Below are positions 37,646 to 47,027 of a stretch of 64,000 nucleotides of DNA, piece after piece. Every line of letters starts with the position of its first letter. Position 1 is the stretch's first letter. A program made the translations under genes and the position numbers. The notes under the pieces are model-generated. The model saw nothing but the letters and a program-made list of their open reading frames with translations. It did no database searches and was not told the DNA's origin. The DNA comes from a virus: IMG/VR virus record IMGVR_UViG_3300023179_000019, one strand, 5' to 3'.

Positions 37646-38091
37646 TGTGGTTATTATCTTGGTTGCCTGATTGGATATTCTATACAATATTTTTTGTTGG
37701 ACTATTAGGTCTTTTGGTGACTTATGTTGTAAAATTTATACCTTTTATAAACACATTTCAAGAACCTATAAGATTAGTTTCGATGGTTGCAATTATTTTT
37801 GCAACATACATGATTGGTGGGATATCAAATCAAGCTTCATGGAAAGAAAAAGTTGCTGAAATGGAAAAGAAAGCATCTATCGCACAAGTAGAATCATCAA
37901 AGCAAAATGTAAAAATTATTGAAAAAGTAGTTAAGAAAACAGAATATATTACACGCAGAGGTCAAGATATTGTTACATATGTCGATAGAGAAGTAACAAA
38001 ATATGATGCAAAATTTGCACCAGGTGGTATATGTGAGATACCAAAAGAATTTATTAAAGCACATAATGATGCAGCTGAGGCACCAAAATGA
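37645..38091 (+). CDS. i-spanin (Rz-like)
   Basis: N-terminal TMs plus coiled region, followed by a lipoprotein and an endolysin. Confidence 0.7.
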   Translation: MWLLSWLPDWIFYTIFFVGLLGLLVTYVVKFIPFINTFQEPIRLVSMVAIIFATYMIGGISNQASWKEKVAEMEKKASIAQVESSKQNVKIIEKVVKKTEYITRRGQDIVTYVDREVTKYDAKFAPGGICEIPKEFIKAHNDAAEAPK

Positions 38092-38351
38092 AATACATTG
38101 CCTGTTTGTTTATTGTTCTGTTATCAGGTTGTTCCACAGTTGTTCCCGTTTCGATGAAATTTCCTGATGTACCCGAAAGGTTGTTACAAAAGTGTTCTAC
38201 ACTTGAGAAATTGGAAAACGAATCAAAACTTAGTGATGTATCGAAAACGATTACAAATAACTATACAACATATTATGAATGTGCAGTAAAAACTGACGCA
38301 TGGATTGAATGGTATAATATACAAAAAAACATATTCAATGGAGTAAAATAA
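38088..38351 (+). CDS. o-spanin (Rz1-like lipoprotein)
   Basis: Lipobox LLSGC, Pro-containing segment, ATGA overlap. Confidence 0.75.
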   Translation: MKYIACLFIVLLSGCSTVVPVSMKFPDVPERLLQKCSTLEKLENESKLSDVSKTITNNYTTYYECAVKTDAWIEWYNIQKNIFNGVK

Positions 38352-38965
38352 TGGAATTAACATTAGACAAACTAAAAAAAATTATGGGTAATAACCAGTA
38401 TGTTGAATATTGGTATCAAGCTTTTGATAAAATATTACCAGAATATGAAATCGATTCTGTTGCACGAATAGCAGCTTTCTTAGCGCAATGTGGCCACGAA
38501 TCCGGTAATTTTACAGCACTCCAAGAAAATTTAAATTACAAAGCAGAATCTTTGATGCGTGTTTGGCCTAAATATTTCCATGATATTGATACTGCAAATC
38601 ATTATGCACATAAACCAGAAATGATTGCAAACAGAGCATATGCAAATCGTATGGGCAATGGACCAGAAGAAACTGGTGATGGTTGGAAATTTTGCGGTAG
38701 AGGTTTAATTCAATTAACAGGAAAATCAAATTATCAAGCTTTTGCTGAAAGTTTGGAGATGGATTTGGAAGAAGTTCCTGCATATCTTGGAACTTTTGAA
38801 GGTGCGACACAATCCGCCTGTTGGTTTTGGGAAGTCAATAACCTAAATAAATTTGCAGACGTAGGTGATATTAAAGGTATGACAAAGGTCATCAACGGCG
38901 GATATCTAGGTCTGGAAGATCGTGAGAAACACTATCATCATGCAATCGAAATACTAAGTTCTTAA
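38351..38965 (+). CDS. GH19 endolysin
   Basis: FLAQCGHES, ENLNY, GRGLIQLTGKSNY, INGG. Confidence 0.92.
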   Translation: MELTLDKLKKIMGNNQYVEYWYQAFDKILPEYEIDSVARIAAFLAQCGHESGNFTALQENLNYKAESLMRVWPKYFHDIDTANHYAHKPEMIANRAYANRMGNGPEETGDGWKFCGRGLIQLTGKSNYQAFAESLEMDLEEVPAYLGTFEGATQSACWFWEVNNLNKFADVGDIKGMTKVINGGYLGLEDREKHYHHAIEILSS

Positions 38966-39042
38966 ATAAATTTTTTGCGAATTTTATAAATGGCACCTTT
39001 GGAGTATGTTATGAACAATCTTACTAAGGGAAATTATAAAAA

Positions 39043-39537
39043 ATGCAATCAAAAAAGTACGGTAAAATATTCGCTGCCGCATTATTACTATTCTCAACAT
39101 TCACATATGCTGATGCAATCGTAACAGATTCCACATCAAGAAGTTATAGTGATTCAAATTCAACAACAACGGTAAAATCTCCGCCTCCAACAGCCGTTGC
39201 ACCAACAATTACATCCATCAATAACGATTTATGTGTTGTTGGCGCTTCTGGTGCAGTTCAGACACAAATCTTGGGTATGTCGTTTGGTTCGACCACAAGA
39301 GATATGAATTGTGAAAGAATCAAGCTATCTAAAAATCTATATGATATGGGGATGAAGGTTGCCGCAGTTGCAACTTTGTGTCAAGACGAAAGAGTTTTCA
39401 TTGCAATGATGAACGCAGGAACACCTTGCCCAATCGATGGTAAGATTGGTACTGAAGCGAGAGAATTGTGGGAACAAAATCCTTCTCGTCAACCAAAAAA
39501 TTCAGAAGAAAAATCTGTAGTAACAAATCGTAAATAA
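39043..39537 (+). CDS. Secreted Cys-containing hypothetical protein
   Basis: Signal peptide, SPPPTAVAP, four Cys. Confidence 0.75.
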   Translation: MQSKKYGKIFAAALLLFSTFTYADAIVTDSTSRSYSDSNSTTTVKSPPPTAVAPTITSINNDLCVVGASGAVQTQILGMSFGSTTRDMNCERIKLSKNLYDMGMKVAAVATLCQDERVFIAMMNAGTPCPIDGKIGTEARELWEQNPSRQPKNSEEKSVVTNRK

Positions 39538-41315
39538 TGAAAAACTTTTTGTTATGTCTGGCATTTTTTTGTGTTGGTGCTAATGCTCAGATAATTTCAT
39601 TACCAATTCCTGGTAGCCCACTTTCTTTAAGTGTGATGGCTAATCCTCAACCATTACAAGAAATAAAGAATAATCCAGCAGCAACGTTGCACAACCTAGG
39701 CGATGATGGTTGGGCCAATGTGCCCTTGCCATTCACATTTCCATTTTATGGACAATCATTTACTGATTCCACCATGTACAGTAACGGAGCTGTACAGTTT
39801 GGTGCAAATCGTTCCGCTTCCAACAATAGTTTTTGTTGTCAGGGTCTGCCATTATCTCTAACAACATTGGGTTCACAATACAACTATTCTATTATGCCTC
39901 TTTGGACTGATTTGATTGGTGCTGAAGGAAATAATCACTATAGCTTAGGAACATCCAATACTATGACATATGGTTGGTATGGTATTCAACAGTTCGGTAG
40001 ACCCAACAATAGGAGCAGTTTTGAATTAAAGATTGATTCAACGGGTGGTATAGATATGCGTTGGTCGGGTGCTATGGTAACTGCAAATCCTGTGACCATC
40101 GGTACGATAGGCGATTCATCTAAAGGCGAATTTACTCAAAACTACTTCAGCACATCAGGAATTAATATTACTGGTCTCACTCAATTGAGTACGGGTATTG
40201 GTGCAATTGATATGTGTATGATTAATCCTTTATCGTCACCTACATGTCCAAATTATACGACCGCATATACATCACAACAATGTTTAATAAATGTATTGTA
40301 TGATCCTACGTGTCCAGGATATAGTCAAGCATATTTTAATCAACAATGTGGATTAAATGCGTTATATAACGAATCTTGTCCGGGTTACGCAACTGCCTAT
40401 TTAAATCAACAATGCAGTCAGAATCCATTATATTCTACTACATGTAGTGGCTATGCACAAGCATATAGAACACAACAATGTAGTTTAAATCCATTATATG
40501 CAACTGATTGTCCTGGTTATGCACAAGCATATTTAAACGACCAATGTATCAAAGATTCTTTATATAGCAAAGAATGTGCAGGATATAATACTGCATATGC
40601 TATAAAATATTTGGTGCCATTAAACTCATCAGTTACTTCAGCGGTGAATTCCTCACTTTCCAGTACTGCTGCAACAAGAGCAAACGATCCTTCGAATATC
40701 GTAGTTTCAACGACAGTACCTACAACTACAATTAATAATGATGGTTCAGTATCAACAGGTGTATCACCAACGGGTAATAGTAATGTTGATTCTGTTATAC
40801 AAAATAGAACAACTTCAGCAACAGGATCATCTCCCGCAGCAGTAGTACAATTATCTCCACAACCTCCACAAAATACTCCCACCGCTCAAAAACAAGACGA
40901 TAAGAAGCAAGATCAAAAACCTGAAGGTGGTCAACAAAATGCTCAAGGCGGATCTCAACAAGATAAAAAAGATCAACCTAAAAGTGCGAGACAAGAATTA
41001 CAAGAACGTAGAGAGGCTGCAGCTAAAAAAGAAGCTGTTGAAAAATCGAAAGACTTAGCTAATCAAATGTCTCAAGCCGAAAGTATGCAACAACAGGTCG
41101 CTGTTCAAAATATTGTAATACAGGCAATGGGTTTTACTCCAGGTTTTGACGTATACAACAGAACAATTGTTCCTGATGGAAAAATGTATCGACCATTTAC
41201 AGTTTACAATAATCAACAAAACGTTGATAATCGTAGAGCAAACATCGGTTTATTTGGAACAACAAATTCAAAATATGAAGAATTGTTAAATTCACAATAT
41301 GAGGTAAGAAAATAA
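39537..41315 (+). CDS. Secreted protein with NIDO-like domain, Cys repeats and Q-rich linker
   Basis: Signal peptide; LPFTFPFYG..SNG..IMPLWTDL. Confidence 0.75.
   Translation: MKNFLLCLAFFCVGANAQIISLPIPGSPLSLSVMANPQPLQEIKNNPAATLHNLGDDGWANVPLPFTFPFYGQSFTDSTMYSNGAVQFGANRSASNNSFCCQGLPLSLTTLGSQYNYSIMPLWTDLIGAEGNNHYSLGTSNTMTYGWYGIQQFGRPNNRSSFELKIDSTGGIDMRWSGAMVTANPVTIGTIGDSSKGEFTQNYFSTSGINITGLTQLSTGIGAIDMCMINPLSSPTCPNYTTAYTSQQCLINVLYDPTCPGYSQAYFNQQCGLNALYNESCPGYATAYLNQQCSQNPLYSTTCSGYAQAYRTQQCSLNPLYATDCPGYAQAYLNDQCIKDSLYSKECAGYNTAYAIKYLVPLNSSVTSAVNSSLSSTAATRANDPSNIVVSTTVPTTTINNDGSVSTGVSPTGNSNVDSVIQNRTTSATGSSPAAVVQLSPQPPQNTPTAQKQDDKKQDQKPEGGQQNAQGGSQQDKKDQPKSARQELQERREAAAKKEAVEKSKDLANQMSQAESMQQQVAVQNIVIQAMGFTPGFDVYNRTIVPDGKMYRPFTVYNNQQNVDNRRANIGLFGTTNSKYEELLNSQYEVRK
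40209..40599 (+). repeat. Six 22-aa tandem repeats (QQCxxNPLYxxxCPGYxxAYxx)
   Basis: Visible in the translation; 66-nt period. Confidence 0.85.
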
Positions 41316-41316
41316 A

Positions 41317-41442
41317 ATGGCAGCAACAGCTTTTGTTATTGGTTTTTTTACAGCATTGGGTTGGTGGTCTGCTGGAAAAATAACCAAAACGATTGACACT
41401 CCACCAACAATAACACAACAAGAAAATCAAAAGGAAAAATAA
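41317..41442 (+). CDS. 41-aa membrane peptide
   Basis: MAATAFVIGFFTALGWWSAG...; fills the intergenic gap. Confidence 0.55.
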   Translation: MAATAFVIGFFTALGWWSAGKITKTIDTPPTITQQENQKEK

Positions 41443-41443
41443 A

Positions 41444-42043
41444 ATGTCAGAAGAAATCAAAGACGTTAATGCAAAAATTGATGAATTGGAAGCTGCAACT
41501 AAAAAGTATGCTAGCAAAGATACAGTCATCAGCATTGGTGGCTATGAATTTACCCCTGCAAAATTAATGGTTGCATTTACTATTGTATCATCAACACTTG
41601 GCGGTCTCTATGGCGCATTTGAAGTTTATAAAGATTATCAGAGTATGAAAAAGAAAATTGCTGAATATGTTTCTCCAGATTTAACAGAAATCTACAAAAA
41701 GATGGAAGTATTGGATGCAAACACAAGCAAAATGACTGAATATACTAATAACATTAAGAACGATCTTAAACAAGATGTTCGTAGAGTTGAATCTGTAGTT
41801 GAAAACATCGAGAGATCCACAAAATCTAATCAAAGAGATACAGATCAAGCAATCAAAGAAATAAAAAAAGAATCTGATACAACATTAAAAGAAGTTAGAA
41901 GATATAGTGATCAGAGTGTTAAAGAGGTTACACAAGAATTGGTTAAGAATCAAAAAGAACACCAAGCGGAAATTCGTGCTTTGAGAAATGAAGTTGATAC
42001 GAAGATTAAAAGGGCTCTGGACAATCCACTTTCAAAAGACTGA
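41444..42043 (+). CDS. Single-TM coiled-coil protein
   Basis: TM then heptad region; ends ALDNPL. Confidence 0.75.
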   Translation: MSEEIKDVNAKIDELEAATKKYASKDTVISIGGYEFTPAKLMVAFTIVSSTLGGLYGAFEVYKDYQSMKKKIAEYVSPDLTEIYKKMEVLDANTSKMTEYTNNIKNDLKQDVRRVESVVENIERSTKSNQRDTDQAIKEIKKESDTTLKEVRRYSDQSVKEVTQELVKNQKEHQAEIRALRNEVDTKIKRALDNPLSKD

Positions 42044-42151
42044 AGTATTACTTCAAATAAATAATGTATAGTCCATACATTTTTTTCGATATGTGGATAC
42101 AGTATTCACTAGAAATATATTTTTTACCATATAAAATAATTGGAATTCAAA

Positions 42152-42691
42152 ATGGCAGATAATAAACCATTATCCCGCTCAGAGCGGGAAGCACTAATAA
42201 AAGATAAAGCTGGTTGGGTTATTACAATACTAGCAGCATTACTTGCTATCAACACCCTAATGGGTGGAAGTAATTCAAGTAAGGTATTGAATAACACCAT
42301 TGAAGCAAACAACACTTGGGCATTTTACCAGGCAAAATCTATCAAACAAACCCTTGCCGAAATGGCATATGATGATGCTATTAGAGCCAAAGATACAAAA
42401 AAGGCAGAATTTCTAAAGGCTAAGATTGATCGTTACGATAATGAGCCGAATGAAGGCAAAAAAGATTTAATGGCAAAAGCCAGAAAATTAGAGTCCGAAA
42501 GAGCTGTTGCCAAATCACGTAGTCCGTGGTATACTTATGCGGGCAGCTTATTTCAAATCGCTATCGTGTTACTTACCGCTAGTATTTTGGCAGTTAATAA
42601 TAGATTATACCATGCAAGTATTGGTGTTGGTATTTTGGGTGCAGTATTAATGAGTCAAGCCGTTTGGCTTTGGATACCTATCGTAATATAA
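42152..42691 (+). CDS. DUF4337-like membrane protein
   Basis: WAFYQAKSIKQ, FQIAIVL. Confidence 0.7.
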   Translation: MADNKPLSRSEREALIKDKAGWVITILAALLAINTLMGGSNSSKVLNNTIEANNTWAFYQAKSIKQTLAEMAYDDAIRAKDTKKAEFLKAKIDRYDNEPNEGKKDLMAKARKLESERAVAKSRSPWYTYAGSLFQIAIVLLTASILAVNNRLYHASIGVGILGAVLMSQAVWLWIPIVI

Positions 42692-42707
42692 AAAAAGGAA
42701 TTTTATT

Positions 42708-43388
42708 ATGGAAAGAAGATTGATTTTTTTTAGTGGGGGAGTTGAAAGTACTGCTTTATTAACACTATCTACACCTGATGATATCATAGTTACAATCATA
42801 GATCCCCCATATCAACAATATAATTGGTTTTCAGATGTTGACAAGAAAAAAGTTTTAAAAATAGCTAAATATTTTAATCGACACATTCATTTTAATCCGA
42901 TGCATGTTCCGGCTATGGAAATTGAAAAGGGAGTTGGAGTTCATCAGATAAATCACATTTATGAAATTGCTAATCATTGGGCTAGAATTAAATCTGAAAG
43001 TTTAAAAGAAGTCTGGGACGGTCAAACTGATGAGGAATACGCTTTAAATTGGCCAAATAGAAAATTGAGAGATGATTGGAATAAATGTTTTGAAATATTA
43101 CATCCAAACATTAAATTTCATAATCCGTTGGGTCACTTAACAAAAAGAGAATCCTGGAATTTGATTCCTGACGAAATTAAACCTCTAATTAATTATTGTA
43201 GAGAATTTAATCGTCCAGGTGGTCCAGGTCAACCTGATTGTGAATGTCAAAAATGTATCAGACACAAACAAATGCTTAACGGTGGTTATGATGGTCCTTG
43301 GAAAAGAATAGTTGATGATGAAGGTAAAATGTGGCTTGTTGATCCCACAGACAAAGAACAAAAATACAAATATTCTATAAAGGGTTAA
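42708..43388 (+). CDS. QueC-like PP-loop ATPase
   Basis: FFSGGVEST, NPLGHLTK, C..CECQKC. Confidence 0.6.
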   Translation: MERRLIFFSGGVESTALLTLSTPDDIIVTIIDPPYQQYNWFSDVDKKKVLKIAKYFNRHIHFNPMHVPAMEIEKGVGVHQINHIYEIANHWARIKSESLKEVWDGQTDEEYALNWPNRKLRDDWNKCFEILHPNIKFHNPLGHLTKRESWNLIPDEIKPLINYCREFNRPGGPGQPDCECQKCIRHKQMLNGGYDGPWKRIVDDEGKMWLVDPTDKEQKYKYSIKG

Positions 43389-43398
43389 GGAGAAAAAA

Positions 43399-43776
43399 AT
43401 GTCTGAAGTAAAAAAAGAAGAAGATTGGATGCAAAAGAAGTGGCGTCCAGCCATGGGTTGGATGTACATGATTATTTGTACTTTGGACATGGGTGTATTT
43501 CCAATATTGTGGAGTTTGTTGCAGGTGTTTACACATCAATCCATCACACAATGGAGTCCACTAACATTACAAGGTGCTGGACTGTTTCACCTTGCTATGG
43601 GTGCTGTTCTTGGTATTGCTGCTTGGGGTAGAACCCAAGAAAAATTAGGTGGTGCAACAACTGTTTCGACTGCTGTATCTGAATCAATACCGGCACCGGC
43701 ACCAAAGCCAATCAGTATGCCAATGAGTTCACCTACACCACTAGGACCAACTCCATCAAATCAACCTGCTATCTGA
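43399..43776 (+). CDS. Holin-like protein (3TM holin family)
   Basis: KWRPAMGW, GAVLGIAAWGRTQEK. Confidence 0.7.
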   Translation: MSEVKKEEDWMQKKWRPAMGWMYMIICTLDMGVFPILWSLLQVFTHQSITQWSPLTLQGAGLFHLAMGAVLGIAAWGRTQEKLGGATTVSTAVSESIPAPAPKPISMPMSSPTPLGPTPSNQPAI

Positions 43777-43786
43777 AAGTAGAACA

Positions 43787-43978
43787 ATGAAAAAAATCTT
43801 AATCGTTTTAAACATCTTAATCTGGTCTTTAGTTGGTTACCAAACATCCGTTTATGCTGCCGAAACAAAAAAGGTATGTAAGACTAATGCAAAAGGTAAA
43901 GAAGTTTGCAAAAATGTAAAAATCCACAAGAAATTTGATGGTACCAAAGTACCCGATAAAAAAGACAAGAAGAAATAA
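43787..43978 (+). CDS. Small secreted basic protein
   Basis: Signal peptide, two Cys. Confidence 0.65.
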   Translation: MKKILIVLNILIWSLVGYQTSVYAAETKKVCKTNAKGKEVCKNVKIHKKFDGTKVPDKKDKKK

Positions 43979-43979
43979 A

Positions 43980-44387
43980 ATGGCAGACGAAGATGTTAAA
44001 GTGGACATTGGTGTTTTAAAGACTCAAGTGTTGACATTATCAGCATTATGTAATAAAATGGATCAAGTTATCGAAAAACTTGTGGATCAACACGACAGAC
44101 ACATATCGAAAGTATATACCGACATGGACATCAGAAGAAGGGAAACGGACGCAGATATCAAAGAACTGCACAGCAGAATTGATATTGTTCTCGATAAATT
44201 GTCCGAACAAAATGAAAAAATTATGGAAGAATTTAAATTTCTTAGAAAAGAAATGTCTAACCATAACTCGCAAGAAAAAGAACAACTAGATAAACTTCTA
44301 CAATGGAAGTGGATGATTGCCGGTGGTGTACTTGTTCTGTCTTGGTTGGTTTCCCATATAAAATTGGACACAGTATTTTTTAAATAA
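43980..44387 (+). CDS. Coiled-coil protein with C-terminal TM
   Basis: LLQWKWMIAGG; upstream of primase. Confidence 0.7.
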   Translation: MADEDVKVDIGVLKTQVLTLSALCNKMDQVIEKLVDQHDRHISKVYTDMDIRRRETDADIKELHSRIDIVLDKLSEQNEKIMEEFKFLRKEMSNHNSQEKEQLDKLLQWKWMIAGGVLVLSWLVSHIKLDTVFFK

Positions 44388-44412
44388 TTTTCTCCGTTTG
44401 AATTGATGTGTT

Positions 44413-45429
44413 ATGAGTGTTTTCATCGACAGGAATTTCCTGTTACAACTTTCGCCCAAATTGCCGAGATTTTCCCAAAAAAAGGATGATCTCTACAATT
44501 TCAGGTGTCCGCTCTGTGGCGACTCACAGAAAAATAAAACCAAATGCCGTGGATACGTGTATCGCAAAAAGAATGACTATTTCTATATGTGTCATAATTG
44601 CGGCGTGTCTACCACATTCTTCAATTTTCTGAAGCAAGTGGATCCTTCCCTTGTGCAAGAATATCAACTAGAGAGATACAAAAACGGGGAATCTGGCCAT
44701 AGTAACTTTGAGAAGCCTGAATTCGAAGAAGTTAAAACATCCAAACCAGTATTCAAAGAATCTTTACAGCTTCCGTCAATTGATTCTCTACCAGAAGCAC
44801 ATTTTGCCAAGGTCTATGTGCAACAAAGAAAGATTCCTCAAAACTTACAAACACAGTTATACTACGCAGAAGATTTTGCAGACTTTGTGCAGAGTTTGGG
44901 AATTGAAAAAGACAACCTACATAAAAATGATAAACGTCTTGTAATACCATTCTACGATAAAGACAAAAAACTTATAGCGATTCAAGGTAGATCATTGGGT
45001 GAATCCAAACTCAGATATATAACAATTAAATTACATGATGATAACAAAAAGATTTATGGATTAGACAGACTGAATCCAGAAATTTCTAGAATTTATGTAG
45101 TTGAAGGTCCTATCGATTCTATGTTTTTGGAAAACGCCGTTGCAACAGCAGACTCTAATTTGGAATCGATTGCGGACACACTGGATAAGTCTAAGGTAGT
45201 TTTAATCTTTGATAACGAACCCCGCAACAAGGAAATAGTGAAACAGATGGAACATGCCATCGACAATCATTTTAATGTTGTTATTTGGCCAGAAATGATT
45301 GTTGAAAAAGATATTAATGATATGGTATTGAATGGATTCTCACCTGACGAAATTCAAGATATTATAGATAAAAATACCTTCATTAATTTGAGAGCAAAAT
45401 TTGAATTTATTAATTGGAAGAAGGTGTAA
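44413..45429 (+). CDS. gp61: DNA primase
   Basis: CPLCGDS...CHNC, EGPIDS, DNEPRN, KDIND. Confidence 0.95.
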   Translation: MSVFIDRNFLLQLSPKLPRFSQKKDDLYNFRCPLCGDSQKNKTKCRGYVYRKKNDYFYMCHNCGVSTTFFNFLKQVDPSLVQEYQLERYKNGESGHSNFEKPEFEEVKTSKPVFKESLQLPSIDSLPEAHFAKVYVQQRKIPQNLQTQLYYAEDFADFVQSLGIEKDNLHKNDKRLVIPFYDKDKKLIAIQGRSLGESKLRYITIKLHDDNKKIYGLDRLNPEISRIYVVEGPIDSMFLENAVATADSNLESIADTLDKSKVVLIFDNEPRNKEIVKQMEHAIDNHFNVVIWPEMIVEKDINDMVLNGFSPDEIQDIIDKNTFINLRAKFEFINWKKV

Positions 45430-45430
45430 T

Positions 45431-46357
45431 ATGGAAACTACAGTATATGATCTACCGGAGTTAGAATACTTGGTTAGAGAATTTGATAGAAAATATGTTG
45501 AGAGTGGATTGACTTATGGTTGGAAATCCGAAACAAAAAAACAATATGACTTTGGTCATTGGAATAAAGTTGTATTAAAATCCAATAAACAATTTGTATT
45601 TGATAATGCAAAATTGCCTTTTATTAAAAAACATCCTGAGGTTGAAACAATTTGGAATATTGTCCAGTCAAAAATTGGTCGTAGAAAATTATTAAGAGCC
45701 TACGTCAACGGTTACACTTATGGAACTGATGCCTATTTTCATAGGGATGATGGATGGATTTCAGAAAGATATGGTCAAGGAGTTTTGACAGAAACAGTTA
45801 TAGTTTATTTGAATGATAAATGGGATGCTGATTGGGCAGGAGAGACTGTTATACTAGATGAATCTGGAGAAATCGAAAAATCTGTATTGCCTAAGAAGAA
45901 TAGAGTATTGATTTTTGATTCGAATAAACTTCATGCTGCAAGACCACTCACAAGAGCTTGTGCTGAATTAAGAAAGGTTTTAGTGTTTAAAACTATCGAT
46001 TATAATATTCAAACTAAAGAAGTTGATTTTATTCATAAGTTGACATTAAATGATCCTAGACTATTTTATGTTTCATTTAAAATGTCTATTGCTTTGGATG
46101 AAAGATTACAGAGTAAAGATGTGTGTCTAGCTGCACTATATCATGCTGTGTACACTTATCCAAATATTGAGCGACAAACTGTTAAAGATTTAATTGGTGA
46201 ATCTGCTGAACAATTAGTATATGATTATCACAACAAATTAAATATGGAAAATAAAGATTTAATGTATATTGAATTTGCAAAACTTATGCGTACAAATAAA
46301 GATGGTGTTCACAATGAGACTTTGAATACACTATGGAGAAAACTAAATGAAAGTTGA
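45431..46357 (+). CDS. 2OG-Fe(II) oxygenase with C-terminal HD-like (DUF6817-like) extension
   Basis: YFHRDD, WAGET, LHAAR; CLAALYHAVY. Confidence 0.75.
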   Translation: METTVYDLPELEYLVREFDRKYVESGLTYGWKSETKKQYDFGHWNKVVLKSNKQFVFDNAKLPFIKKHPEVETIWNIVQSKIGRRKLLRAYVNGYTYGTDAYFHRDDGWISERYGQGVLTETVIVYLNDKWDADWAGETVILDESGEIEKSVLPKKNRVLIFDSNKLHAARPLTRACAELRKVLVFKTIDYNIQTKEVDFIHKLTLNDPRLFYVSFKMSIALDERLQSKDVCLAALYHAVYTYPNIERQTVKDLIGESAEQLVYDYHNKLNMENKDLMYIEFAKLMRTNKDGVHNETLNTLWRKLNES

Positions 46358-47009
46358 ACTGTTTAGTTATTCAAATACACAAAACGGAATGACCGTATTG
46401 GAACAAATTGCCTATGCAGCTCGAGTTTCAAATCCATCAAATCAAAATAACAATGACACAGCTGAAAAGTTGGTGCGTTATTTGATTAAACATGAACATT
46501 GGTCACCACTTGAAATGGTGAACGTGTGTTTAGAGATAGAAACTACCCGTGATATTGCAAGACAAATTTTAAGACACCGTTCTTTTTCTTTTCAGGAATT
46601 TTCACAACGTTATGCTGATCCGACATCCGAACTTTCTTTTGTGATGAGAGAAGCACGTTTGCAAGATACCAAAAATAGACAAAATTCTATTGAAATTCCT
46701 GGTACTACAATGAAAGAACAAACATTGTTAGAAGAATGGAAATGGCATCAACAAGATGTACTTAGAACAATAGATCATGTTTATAATTGGGCAATATCAA
46801 ATGGCATTGCTAAGGAACAAGCGAGAGCTGTATTGCCAGAGGGCATGACAGTATCTAGAATGTATATGAACGGAACGCTTCGGTCGTGGGTTCACTATAT
46901 ACAACTACGGAGTGGAATTGAAACACAAAAAGAACATCGTAAAGTGGCTCTTGCCTGCGCTGATGCGATTGAGCCAATTTTTCCGATGATCAAAGAATTT
47001 TTAAAATAA
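46347..47009 (+). CDS. thyX: Flavin-dependent thymidylate synthase
   Basis: HWSPLE, RHRSFSFQEFSQRY. Confidence 0.96.
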   Translation: MKVELFSYSNTQNGMTVLEQIAYAARVSNPSNQNNNDTAEKLVRYLIKHEHWSPLEMVNVCLEIETTRDIARQILRHRSFSFQEFSQRYADPTSELSFVMREARLQDTKNRQNSIEIPGTTMKEQTLLEEWKWHQQDVLRTIDHVYNWAISNGIAKEQARAVLPEGMTVSRMYMNGTLRSWVHYIQLRSGIETQKEHRKVALACADAIEPIFPMIKEFLK

Positions 47010-47027
47010 CAATAAGGCAAAAAAAGT

